This document shows, piece after piece, positions 1 to 9,182 of a DNA stretch of 64,000 bases. Under the pieces are notes generated by a model. It did not search any database. It saw only the letters and a list, made by a program, of their open reading frames with translations, and was not told the DNA's origin. Location: the NCBI GenBank assembly GCA_021817165.1, contig JAKAVT010000001.1, positions 76,236 to 140,235 on the forward strand, read 5' to 3'. Both the position numbers and the translations under genes were made by a program. Positions within the stretch are counted from its first letter, which is position 1; each line of letters opens with the position of its first letter. The DNA is from Nanobdellota archaeon (GTDB taxonomy: Archaea; Nanobdellota; Nanobdellia; Parvarchaeales; Parvarchaeaceae).

Positions 1-271
1 CTCTCTTATCCAACTCATCCCACTTTGATTTCAAATCATCCAATGCCGCATGTAAATCTGCTATGAGTATTTTTGTGCGTATGCCTGCTTTCTCAAAATC
101 AAAAAGTTTACCTAATGCAACGAGGTGACCGAGATGTATTGACCCGGTTGGGGCCCTTCCTATATAAACTGAAAGTGGTTTTCCATCTTCCAGCAGATTG
201 CGCAGCTCTTCAACCGTTATTATCTCAAGCGTATTTCTTTTTATTAAATTCAGGCGTTCTTCAATGTCCAT
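1..271 (-). CDS. tyrS: Tyrosyl-tRNA synthetase, N-terminal part (runs off the window edge; not in ORF track)
   Basis: Manual translation from ATG at 271: MDIEERLNLIKRNTLEIITVEELRNLLEDGKPLSVYIGRAPTGSIHLGHLV...KILIADLHAALDD. HLGH (HIGH) motif and archaeal TyrRS-type N-terminus. Confidence 0.9.
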   Translation of the reverse strand, partial: MDIEERLNLIKRNTLEIITVEELRNLLEDGKPLSVYIGRAPTGSIHLGHLVALGKLFDFEKAGIRTKILIADLHAALDDLKSKWDELDKR

Positions 272-369
272 GAATATAAATAAAATTTAAGATATATATA
301 CATTATTAAAAAAATAAGACATAATGCGAACAGGGTAAGCTTTAATTTGGCGCAATAGCTTTAATAAAA

Positions 370-1548
370 ATGAAATTCATACATGTCGGAGATACACACA
401 TAGGGCAAGTATACAAAAACGATACGAGAAACAACGACATAAAAGATGCATTTATACAGATGATAAATTATGCTATATCGGAAAAAATTGATTTTATTGT
501 GCATTCCGGAGACTTATTTGACTCTGGCAATCCGCCGTTAGATTCGCTATTATTCATGACAGACGAATTAAACCGATTAAAAATAGCAGGGATACCTTTG
601 TTTATAATACCTGGATCTCACGACGTTGGCATTGGAGAAGAAGAAAGCATAGTAGAACTTTTTCACCGAAACAAGCTGCTAATAAACCTAAACTCAAAAA
701 AATATATAGAATTTGGAGAAAAGGTAACACTTACTGGAGAAACATACAAAAATGCATTTATCTGTGGGATAAAGGGAAAAAGGAGCAAAGTTGAAGACGA
801 AATATTTAAAAAATTGACCGTAGACATTGACAATTCTGCTTTCATTAAAATTTTCGCATTTCACCACACTATTTCCTATCTTGGAGAAAAATTTAAAGAT
901 CTCGAAACGGAAAGTTTGCCGAAGGGATTCGATTACTATGCTGCCGGACATTGGCATGGATACAAAGAAAACATAAAATATGACAAAGGAATAATACAAT
1001 ACCCCGGATCGCTTGAATATTGTGACGAAAAGGAGATAGTAGACAATCCAAATAGAGGATTCTTTATAATATCATATGATGAAAAAGGGATAAATGATAT
1101 AAAGTACAAAATAATAAAAACAAGAGCCAAGCAAATTTTCACAATAAAAGCGGATAATAAGACTGCTATTGACGTGGAAAATGAGATGCTCAATAAATTA
1201 AATAAAAATGAGGGGGATATATTGGTTTTAAGGCTGGAAGGAAGACTAAACGACAAAACTTCGGACATTAACGTCATAAAAGTCAAAAAAATGGGATACG
1301 AACTGGGCTATTCTTACATCAGTATAAACAAATCAAAATTAAATGATAAAGACGTAGACGTACAAGTTGACGAAATAAAAACAAAGGAATTATCAACAAT
1401 TGAACATGAATTCCTTAAAAAGAAGGGCTACAATGACAAGGAGATAAGAATTGCAAGATATCTGATAGACTCCGTAGGAGAAAAGCCTGACAGCATAAAA
1501 AAGGAGGTGGAGAACATATTTTATTCACATGATAATATCGAAAATTAA
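370..1548 (+). CDS. mre11: Mre11 nuclease
   Basis: Phosphoesterase motifs DTHIG, GDLFD, GSHD, GHWH; directly upstream of and overlapping rad50. Confidence 0.93.
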   Translation: MKFIHVGDTHIGQVYKNDTRNNDIKDAFIQMINYAISEKIDFIVHSGDLFDSGNPPLDSLLFMTDELNRLKIAGIPLFIIPGSHDVGIGEEESIVELFHRNKLLINLNSKKYIEFGEKVTLTGETYKNAFICGIKGKRSKVEDEIFKKLTVDIDNSAFIKIFAFHHTISYLGEKFKDLETESLPKGFDYYAAGHWHGYKENIKYDKGIIQYPGSLEYCDEKEIVDNPNRGFFIISYDEKGINDIKYKIIKTRAKQIFTIKADNKTAIDVENEMLNKLNKNEGDILVLRLEGRLNDKTSDINVIKVKKMGYELGYSYISINKSKLNDKDVDVQVDEIKTKELSTIEHEFLKKKGYNDKEIRIARYLIDSVGEKPDSIKKEVENIFYSHDNIEN

Positions 1549-3919
1549 GCTGGAAAACATCAGGAGCCACTACAAAACAGAGATACCTTTTGCGGAGGGA
1601 ATAAACGTAATAACTGGAAATACTGGCAGCGGCAAATCATCCATATTGATGTCAATAGAATACGCGCTTTTTGGCAAGATAGGAGAGGGAAGAGAAGAGG
1701 GAAAAATGCTATTAAGGAGAAATTCAACGGAAGGAGAAATAAACATAAAAATAAAGAACGATGAAGATGAGTACGAGATAAACAGGGGCCTAAAACGTGC
1801 AAATGATACTGTAAGAAACGACGATTCAAAAAACTACATAAACAAAAACAACAGTCGGTTGGATTTACAGAATAGAGCATCGGATATAAATTCATACGTA
1901 AACAAGCTTTTAAAAATAGAATCGGAAAACCCTCTTGAAACATTTGAAACTATAACTTACATAAAACAGGATGAGCTAAAGACGTTGATATTTGAAACCG
2001 GCCAGTACAAACAGGAATACATAGATGGACTTTTACAGCTCAATAAATATCTGGATGTATATGAAAACACGAAGGACATCGTAAATAAGGTAAAAAATGA
2101 AGTAGAACTAAACAAAAAGGAGCTAGAATTAAGCATAGACCAGAATGACGTAATAAAAATAGAAAACAAAATAGATGAAAACCAGAATGCGATCAAAACA
2201 CTAAACGAAGAAACGGCTAAAAACCGGATACTTCTAGAAAATAAAACGATAGAAAAAAGACAAAAAGAAAGCGAGCTTGCATTTGAAAGAGATAAAAAGA
2301 TAAAATTTGAAAAATTATCAACGGAAATTAGATTAAAGAGCAACGAAAAATCAAAGTTAGAAGAAGAAAAAGTCAAGGTCATCCGGCAGATAGAAGAACT
2401 AAGAAAATCTATTAAACAGGTAGAAAAACCAAAAAGAGAGGAAATTGACAAGGCGATTACAAGTCTAGAAGAACAAAACAAGCAGGAAAGTGAAATCCTG
2501 AAGAAGCTATATGAAAAACTTTTCAAATCCGAATATTCATATAAAAATGCTCAAAATGAAATTGAAGGATTAAAAAAGGAAATAGATAATGAAAATGAAA
2601 CGCTAAAAAAGCTCATTAGTGAATACGAAGAATTTTACAGGCAGTTAAGCAGCATAAATGAAATAGAGAATAAAGAAGAAATAACAGGTAGAATACGTGA
2701 GTTAAACAAACTAATAAAAGACCTGGAAGAAGAGTTTTCAGAATCAGTTAAAAGAGGAATTTGCATCCTATGCGGCAGCAGGATAGATGATCAAAAACAT
2801 CTTGAAGTGGAGTATTCAAAAAAAATAAACAGATATAAACAGGAAATAGAAAGATTAAACGACATTTCCAACGGAATAAAATACTCTAGGAGCGAGCTGG
2901 AGAAAAATGTTGGCATAAACAAAATAAAAATTGAAACTGCAAAAGAGAACTTGGCAAGATTAGAGGCAAAACTTAAAGCAAACGACCTAGAAAATAAGAA
3001 GAAGGAGCATGAAAGTATAAAAGATGACTATGATAAGCAAAGCCAAAAAATTGAAAAGATTTCATTGGAACTAAAAAACGCAAGAGAGGCTGTAAAGTTT
3101 ATACAAGACCAGGAGAGAAAAATGATTGAGATAGACAATTACAGCAACAGGCTCGGAGAAATAATTAAAGCCATTGATGGCTATCAGCAAGAAATAGTAA
3201 ACTTAGAAAGCGGATTAACTACAATAAAATTCGACGGCAATAGGTTAGATGAGATCGAAAATGAATTTAGATTTATTTCTGATGAAGTAAATAGATTAAA
3301 TTACAAGCTTACTGAAATAAACAAGGAAGTGGAACTTAGAAAAGTTCAACTTTTAACTGACAGAAAAGAGAGAGAAGAATTAGAAGAGAAGATTAAAAAG
3401 AAGAAGGAACTATCAACTTTATTAGACAAAAAAGAAGGTTTTCTGAAGACACTATCGAATTTAAGGGAGGATATACGCAGTATAAGAGAGTATGTAAGGC
3501 TAAGATTTATAAACGATTTCCGGTCGCTTTTTAAAGCGCGATTTGACGAGCTTAGAAATGAGGTTGATTATGACATAGACATAGACAACAATTATAACGT
3601 TGTCATTACCGCTGGAAGCGAAAAAATGGACGCTAAGTCATTGTCCGGAGGAGAAAAAACTTCAGTGGCAATAGCATACAGGCTAGCCCTCTCTTCTCTA
3701 GCTTCTGTTCTTGGTGGCGTGGGAAAGAATGAAATCATACTTATGGATGAACCAACCTCGGGATTAGATAAAGAAGACATAAACGCTCTTACAAATGCAA
3801 TTACTAAAATAACCGATTTAAGACAGATAATAATAGTCACCCATGAAGACAACATGAAAAACATTGCCGACAACGTAATAAAATTGAAAAAAGATTCCGG
3901 CGTATCTTCTATCTACTAA
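1529..3919 (+). CDS. rad50: Rad50 SMC-like ATPase
   Basis: Walker A GNTGSGKS, long coiled coil with central CILC zinc hook, LSGGE signature, Walker B ILMDEPT, H-loop VTHE. Confidence 0.95.
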   Translation: MIISKIKLENIRSHYKTEIPFAEGINVITGNTGSGKSSILMSIEYALFGKIGEGREEGKMLLRRNSTEGEINIKIKNDEDEYEINRGLKRANDTVRNDDSKNYINKNNSRLDLQNRASDINSYVNKLLKIESENPLETFETITYIKQDELKTLIFETGQYKQEYIDGLLQLNKYLDVYENTKDIVNKVKNEVELNKKELELSIDQNDVIKIENKIDENQNAIKTLNEETAKNRILLENKTIEKRQKESELAFERDKKIKFEKLSTEIRLKSNEKSKLEEEKVKVIRQIEELRKSIKQVEKPKREEIDKAITSLEEQNKQESEILKKLYEKLFKSEYSYKNAQNEIEGLKKEIDNENETLKKLISEYEEFYRQLSSINEIENKEEITGRIRELNKLIKDLEEEFSESVKRGICILCGSRIDDQKHLEVEYSKKINRYKQEIERLNDISNGIKYSRSELEKNVGINKIKIETAKENLARLEAKLKANDLENKKKEHESIKDDYDKQSQKIEKISLELKNAREAVKFIQDQERKMIEIDNYSNRLGEIIKAIDGYQQEIVNLESGLTTIKFDGNRLDEIENEFRFISDEVNRLNYKLTEINKEVELRKVQLLTDRKEREELEEKIKKKKELSTLLDKKEGFLKTLSNLREDIRSIREYVRLRFINDFRSLFKARFDELRNEVDYDIDIDNNYNVVITAGSEKMDAKSLSGGEKTSVAIAYRLALSSLASVLGGVGKNEIILMDEPTSGLDKEDINALTNAITKITDLRQIIIVTHEDNMKNIADNVIKLKKDSGVSSIY

Positions 3920-5523
3920 AATAAAGCATCGTTCACAGTATCTATGTTTGCTTTGGGTACTCTGGAATAGTCAGTACTGCTATTCATCTGCCCTGAATTG
4001 CCGAGAAAAACTTTCAAGTTTCTTGTTATGTTTGGATATCTATGCTTTAGTTGATCGTATAAGTCAAACGCAATCTTCTTGTACTCTGGGTGCGCCTCAT
4101 TTGTGCTTCTATTTTCAGCTATAAAGATAGCTTCTGCAAGGCTCATAGACATCTTTAAATTGGTTTTGGTTGCAAGCGGTACTAAAAGCTCCAACTCAGA
4201 ATTAAATCCCTTCTCATGCAACCCCTTTGCATAGCTGTTTATCTGACTTAAAACCCCCTTTGAAAGCCCTGAAAGTTCGCTATTTTCATATACTATTTCT
4301 GGGATTATATAGTCATTTAAATGAACTGACATATTTCTATTAGAAAGTCTGTGTCTCCAAAGGTCCCTCGCGGTGCCTAATGAGCAAGTAATATCTATCT
4401 GTAAAAACGATGACCTCAAGAGACTGTCGTTCAAATCATCAAACTTTCCGCTTCTCCCGGAAGACAATTTAGCAAGGTATTCATTCACTGCCTTTTTATG
4501 ATTCTTTTCATCTTTATACGGCAGTTGATGATATATGGAATTCAGAACCTGTTTTTCGCTCTGTGATCCATTAGTTATGCTGACCTTTACAGAATCTAAT
4601 GAAGAAACTTGCATTTCGTTTAAAATGTTAGAGTAATCGAAATTTACTCTTTCTTTATACACATTCTTGTTAAAGTCATCTGGGACCATATGGGCAGACA
4701 AGGAAGGTACATTGTCAGTTACTACGGAATAAAAAAGGTGACCAACCTGCTTGTTATAAGCATTTTCGCTTGAAAGTAATTTTCTGCCTATGTTCTCAGC
4801 AGTTCTTGCACTTAATAGCATAACGAGGGAGGTCTTCGCTCCAAGCGGCAAAAAACTTCGTGTAGAGTCCCTTACTGTCGGGGCTATTATTGTCTTTATT
4901 TGCATATCACTCGGAAGCTTTCCATTTTTCTTTATAAACTCTTGTTTGTACATATCTGATAATTTATCAAATAGAGAATCATATAAGCCAAATAGTTTAG
5001 TATAACCTTCTGACAGCAATCCAGATGCTTCTTTATCTATATCTCCCGGTGCATATGCTTCATCAAACTTAACATAGCGGGTAGATCTCTCTTGAGAGGA
5101 TATAAACACCTCATCCTGTATTGTCAAAGCTGTTATCTCAGGCATGACCATTGATATCATAAAATTGGATTGTTCTCCTATATTTCTATGACCGAGTACA
5201 GATTGAATATTATATAAACTTTTTCTGGTGGAATTTTCAAGCGCTAGTTCAATTTTACTGAAAAACTTGTTTACGGACAAGGCATTGCTTAAATCAATCT
5301 TTTCGTCATGTATTTTGGCGTATTTATCCGTAATAGAAGCAGATTTTGAAACTAGTTTTTCTAGTAAACTCTCACCGTCATTTGTACTTAACCGACTAGA
5401 TAAAGATAAATCTTCCAACGCCAACATCTCCGTTGTCGGGAAAACCCTGTAAAAAATTGCAGCAAGGCCGTCCGAATAATAAAAACGTAGAAACCCTTTA
5501 TCTTCTCTCCGAACTTCTTGCAT
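3916..5523 (-). CDS. thyX: Flavin-dependent thymidylate synthase, long tandem-domain form
   Basis: SQERSTRY motif in the N-terminal half and RDLWRHR motif in the C-terminal half; 535 aa, about twice a single ThyX domain. Confidence 0.8.
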   Translation of the reverse strand: MQEVRREDKGFLRFYYSDGLAAIFYRVFPTTEMLALEDLSLSSRLSTNDGESLLEKLVSKSASITDKYAKIHDEKIDLSNALSVNKFFSKIELALENSTRKSLYNIQSVLGHRNIGEQSNFMISMVMPEITALTIQDEVFISSQERSTRYVKFDEAYAPGDIDKEASGLLSEGYTKLFGLYDSLFDKLSDMYKQEFIKKNGKLPSDMQIKTIIAPTVRDSTRSFLPLGAKTSLVMLLSARTAENIGRKLLSSENAYNKQVGHLFYSVVTDNVPSLSAHMVPDDFNKNVYKERVNFDYSNILNEMQVSSLDSVKVSITNGSQSEKQVLNSIYHQLPYKDEKNHKKAVNEYLAKLSSGRSGKFDDLNDSLLRSSFLQIDITCSLGTARDLWRHRLSNRNMSVHLNDYIIPEIVYENSELSGLSKGVLSQINSYAKGLHEKGFNSELELLVPLATKTNLKMSMSLAEAIFIAENRSTNEAHPEYKKIAFDLYDQLKHRYPNITRNLKVFLGNSGQMNSSTDYSRVPKANIDTVNDALF

Positions 5524-5528
5524 ACAAA

Positions 5529-5546
5529 CCAGATAAATATATCTGG
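5529..5546. promoter_or_regulatory. 7-bp inverted repeat just upstream of the thyX start codon
   Basis: CCAGATA-AATA-TATCTGG, between a TTTAAA element (~5552-5557) and the ATG at 5523. Confidence 0.35.
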
Positions 5547-5570
5547 CGATATTTAAATGCTTTGAATAAA

Positions 5571-5675
5571 TGCAGGGGAAGGGATTTGAACCCTTGAACT
5601 CACAAAGAGAGCAGATAGCTCAAACGCGCACTTTTCTTGAGTCTGCCGCGTTTGGCCAGGCTTCGCTACCCCTGC
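5571..5675 (-). tRNA. tRNA-Leu(CAA) with 19-nt intron at 37/38 (intron 5617-5635); CCA not encoded
   Basis: Acceptor GCAGGGG/CCCCTGC-A, anticodon stem GCAGA/TCTGC, long variable arm, T-arm AAGGG-TTCAAAT-CCCTT; BHB core CTCA/TGAG with AGA and CTA bulges. Confidence 0.95.
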
Positions 5676-5768
5676 AAAAACAACCGGAAATAAACAACAG
5701 TATATTCCGATAATCAAAATATAGAACAATTACGTTTAAATAAGTTTATTGGAATGCAATCTTTTATC

Positions 5769-6002
5769 CTAATCTTTGCTTTCGGCATTTGATTTATTTA
5801 AATCGCTGAATATTTTCTCAAAAGATTCTTGGATATCTTTTAAGTCTGCTGATAAACTAGCTAGCAGGCTTTCATATTTTTCATTGTCTACTTTAAATTT
5901 ATTAAAAGAATCGGACGTACGTTCAACGGCCTTTTTTAATTCCTCGTATTGAAGCTTTGTCGAATAAGACACCCCTACAAACACGTCTTCCTGGTCTACC
6001 AT
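5769..6002 (-). CDS. Small coiled-coil hypothetical protein
   Basis: 77-aa ORF filling the gap, heptad-like pattern. Confidence 0.65.
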   Translation of the reverse strand: MVDQEDVFVGVSYSTKLQYEELKKAVERTSDSFNKFKVDNEKYESLLASLSADLKDIQESFEKIFSDLNKSNAESKD

Positions 6003-6042
6003 TATGATACTAAATCAGGCTGAGGATTTAAATATTTAAAGT

Positions 6043-6363
<321 letters not shown>

Positions 6364-6389
6364 CTAAATGCAATCATCGTTTATAAATA

Positions 6390-6740
6390 TTATCTCATTT
6401 TATCAAGAACTTCCTTTAATACGACTGCTTGATTGTGTAATTCGTCCTTCGCTCCGAACAGAAGTATTATTTTACCGTGCTGTTTTTCCAGCGATTTCAT
6501 GGCCATAAGTTTTCCAATGGCTTCCCTTGAAGAGAGTTCTTTTTTGTATTTTCTTTGAAATTCATCCCATTTATTTGCATCATGTGAAAACCATTTCCTT
6601 AACGCATTGCTTGGCGCAATGTTCTTTTCCCAGATATCCGCAGCGACATTTTTCTTTGTAAGCCCTCTCGGCCAGACTCTATCTACAAGTATTTTAAATC
6701 CCTTTTCTTTATTTCCGTATACTCTCTGAATTACTATCAT
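6390..6740 (-). CDS. DUF488 (YeaO-like) protein
   Basis: IQRVY...LVDRVWPRG...IAPSNALRKWFSHD..KWDEF motif set; start moved to the ATG at 6740. Confidence 0.85.
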   Translation of the reverse strand: MIVIQRVYGNKEKGFKILVDRVWPRGLTKKNVAADIWEKNIAPSNALRKWFSHDANKWDEFQRKYKKELSSREAIGKLMAMKSLEKQHGKIILLFGAKDELHNQAVVLKEVLDKMR

Positions 6741-6774
6741 AAAAATTAAAGAAGATGTGGAGATATAAATAAGC

Positions 6775-7284
6775 ATGATAAAGTATTACTTATCAAAAAA
6801 TGCAGCTATACTTTTTGTAGGCATAAACCCGCATTTCGGTTCATATACTAGAGGAGTACCTTTTTCTAACAACAAGATGTTCTGGTACTTGCTTTCGGAA
6901 GCGGGAATAGTAAATGAACCAAGGGAAGTTCTAAAGGATGACAAGAAGCTAAAAAAACTTTATGAAGGCATGTCGGGGAAGTATAGACTAAATTTTATAA
7001 ACATAATAGACAAGCCGACAAAAAACGTATCGCAGCTTAAAAAAGGAGAAGAAACGTTGGGCGTAAAAAGGCTTAATGAGGTTATAAAGAAGAAAAATCC
7101 AAAAGTAGTGTGCTTTATAGGCAAAGTGACATTTGCTAAGTTCAAAGGGACTAACAAATTCAGGTTTGGGCTACAAGGTAAATCCTCTAACCCGATAATA
7201 TACGTTATGCATTTTCCGATAAGAGGTTATGCAAGCGTTAGGATAAAGGAATTAAAAGAGGTTAAAAGATTAGCCGGTCTTTAA
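6775..7284 (+). CDS. Mismatch-specific uracil-DNA glycosylase-like protein (MUG/TDG family)
   Basis: ILFVGINP...F..NNKMFWYLLSEAG and VVCFIGK motifs. Confidence 0.75.
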   Translation: MIKYYLSKNAAILFVGINPHFGSYTRGVPFSNNKMFWYLLSEAGIVNEPREVLKDDKKLKKLYEGMSGKYRLNFINIIDKPTKNVSQLKKGEETLGVKRLNEVIKKKNPKVVCFIGKVTFAKFKGTNKFRFGLQGKSSNPIIYVMHFPIRGYASVRIKELKEVKRLAGL

Positions 7285-7572
7285 TCTCATCAAATCTTTT
7301 TTGTATTTGGACCAAACCAAAACAATAAAATAAATTGAAAAAAGTACCGCTATAGCATCTATAAATGTTGATAACAATGGTGAACCGTTATAAAATATGA
7401 CGGAGATTACCGAAAAAGCTATGATTATTGACAGGAGTATAAATGACATGGATATGGACAAAAACAAGATGTGCAGATCCTTTAAAACTCGATAATTTGT
7501 TTTATTATTCTGTAGGTATTCATTAAAGTTTTTCTTTGTTACTTTACCGTTTTTGTATTCGTATACTTTCAT
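7270..7572 (-). CDS. Small two-TM membrane protein
   Basis: ATG at 7572 (MKVYEYKNG...), two hydrophobic segments; the longer ORF-track start lies inside tRNA-Leu(TAA). Confidence 0.6.
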   Translation of the reverse strand: MKVYEYKNGKVTKKNFNEYLQNNKTNYRVLKDLHILFLSISMSFILLSIIIAFSVISVIFYNGSPLLSTFIDAIAVLFSIYFIVLVWSKYKKDLMRLKTG

Positions 7573-7578
7573 ATTAAT

Positions 7579-7700
7579 TGCAGAGGGAGGGATTTGAACC
7601 CTCGAGGGCGCTAAGCCACAGGATATCTTATTCTTTGCAAATACAAAGACAGATAAGGACCTTAAGTCCTGCACGTTGGGCCAAACTTCGCTACCTCTGC
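7579..7700 (-). tRNA. tRNA-Leu(TAA) with 36-nt intron at 37/38 (intron 7625-7660)
   Basis: Acceptor GCAGAGG/CCTCTGC-A, anticodon stem CAGGA/TCCTG, long variable arm, T-arm GAGGG-TTCAAAT-CCCTC; central helix CTTA/TAAG with 3-nt bulges. Confidence 0.95.
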
Positions 7701-7733
7701 TTTCAATAGATAAGTGCGACTAATTATTTATAA

Positions 7734-7850
7734 CTAAGCACTCTTTTCACGCAGAAGCCTTCTCTTTCTTTTTCTGTCCAACATCTTTTTCTTTCTTGTT
7801 TTCCATCTGTCTTTATGGTACTTTTTCCAATTTTTTGAGCTTCTTTTCAT
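7734..7850 (-). CDS. rpl41e: Ribosomal protein eL41/eS32 (38 aa, below the ORF-track cutoff)
   Basis: MKRSSKNWKKYHKDRWKTRKKKMLDRKRKRRLLREKSA resembles the archaeal MKRSS..WKK...RWK...KR pattern. Confidence 0.75.
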   Translation of the reverse strand: MKRSSKNWKKYHKDRWKTRKKKMLDRKRKRRLLREKSA

Positions 7851-7874
7851 ATACTAATTACATCCCCACTCCAT

Positions 7875-8396
7875 TTATATCTTGGCACCGGTTACACCAG
7901 AACTTTGGTGGTAATTGCCGGAATATGGCTTTTGCACTTCGCTTAAAGTAGTACTAAAGATAAGGTGCAAAAACCTAGTCCCCTTTGATATCCTTACTGG
8001 AACATTTCCGCCTATCATCATGATTGTAAGGTTTCCTTCATATCCAGCATCTACTATTGTAGGGGGAATCGCAAGCCCTAATCTTGCAAAAGTAGATCGT
8101 ATATTGCATAAACCTACAAGATTATTCGGCATCTTTATTTTTTCATCTATTTTTATTAAAACCCTCTCCTGGGGGAATATCACAAAATCCTTATCAACTT
8201 TTTCCTTTGTATACACTTTTTCAAGAACTGATTTATCGTTTATGTCTACCGGCTCTTTATTATAGATAAAACGAAGCAGTTCATCGCCGATCCTCAGGTC
8301 TATGCCGTTTTCTCTTATTGTGTCATCAGATAGGGGATCTATAAGAAGCGATTTTCTATCTATGTATTCCTTTATGTCCTTATCACTTAATATCAT
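7875..8396 (-). CDS. dcd: dCTP deaminase
   Basis: MILSD..I, IRENGIDLRIG, RSTFARLG, VDAGYEG motifs. Confidence 0.92.
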   Translation of the reverse strand: MILSDKDIKEYIDRKSLLIDPLSDDTIRENGIDLRIGDELLRFIYNKEPVDINDKSVLEKVYTKEKVDKDFVIFPQERVLIKIDEKIKMPNNLVGLCNIRSTFARLGLAIPPTIVDAGYEGNLTIMMIGGNVPVRISKGTRFLHLIFSTTLSEVQKPYSGNYHQSSGVTGAKI

Positions 8397-8477
8397 CTAA
8401 TGATTAAATTATTACAGTATAAAAATTTATTGTTTTGTGAAAATTAAATATTTATCTTTAAAACTCAATAAATTACT

Positions 8478-9140
8478 ATGATATTTCAAGACATAAACAT
8501 AGAATGGCTGCACCATGCATGTTTTAGGGTAACCGGAAAAACTACAATAATTTATACGGACCCATACAAGGTTATAAAGGATTATAACAACGCGGATATA
8601 ATACTCATAACGCATGATCACTATGACCATCTTGACAATGAAAGCATTAAGAAGTTAGCTAATGAAAAAACCGTCATAGTTGCGCCTAAAGACTGTGAAA
8701 GTTTATTGGGCGGTTTTAACAACAAGAAGGTTTTCGTATCCCCAAATGAGGTCAAGATAGTAAAGGACATAACGATAAAAACTGTGCCATCGTATAACAT
8801 AAATAAATTTAATGAAAAAGGGCTTGCATTTCATCCAAAAGAAAAAGGGAATGTAGGGTATATATTCATTGTGGATAACGTAAAGGTTTACATTGCAGGA
8901 GATACTGATAACATACCGGAAATGGAAAGCTTCAAAACTGACATTGCCCTCCTTCCTGTAAGCGGAATATACGTAATGCTACCAAAGGAGGCTGCAGAAG
9001 CCGCCCTGAAAATAAAACCAGAAATCGCAATACCCATGCATTATGGTTCGGGGATAGGCACGGAAAAAGAAGCACGGGAGTTTAAGAGATTGCTGCAGAA
9101 CAAGCTGAGGGTAGAGATACTAACTTCTGTAGATAAGTAG
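8478..9140 (+). CDS. Metallo-beta-lactamase-fold hydrolase
   Basis: WLHHACF, THDHYDH, YIAGDT, PMHYG motifs. Confidence 0.88.
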   Translation: MIFQDINIEWLHHACFRVTGKTTIIYTDPYKVIKDYNNADIILITHDHYDHLDNESIKKLANEKTVIVAPKDCESLLGGFNNKKVFVSPNEVKIVKDITIKTVPSYNINKFNEKGLAFHPKEKGNVGYIFIVDNVKVYIAGDTDNIPEMESFKTDIALLPVSGIYVMLPKEAAEAALKIKPEIAIPMHYGSGIGTEKEAREFKRLLQNKLRVEILTSVDK

Positions 9141-9182
9141 ATTAAAAAGATTTAAATATAACGTATTTTATAAGATAACAAT

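Noticed and set aside
73-273. 66-aa + strand ORF from the track
   Set aside because: It is antisense to tyrS, which has a clear HIGH motif.
7573-7674. ORF-track extension (MQDLRSL...) reading through tRNA-Leu(TAA), in frame with or without the 36-nt intron
   Set aside because: It starts at a GTG inside the tRNA, and the translation looks like tRNA-constrained sequence. The ATG at 7572 gives a coherent protein. An open frame over ~34 codons is plausible by chance.
7854-7874. Six-codon mini-ORF (MEWGCN*) between dcd and rpl41e
   Set aside because: Too short to support; more simply a purine-rich SD-like spacer.
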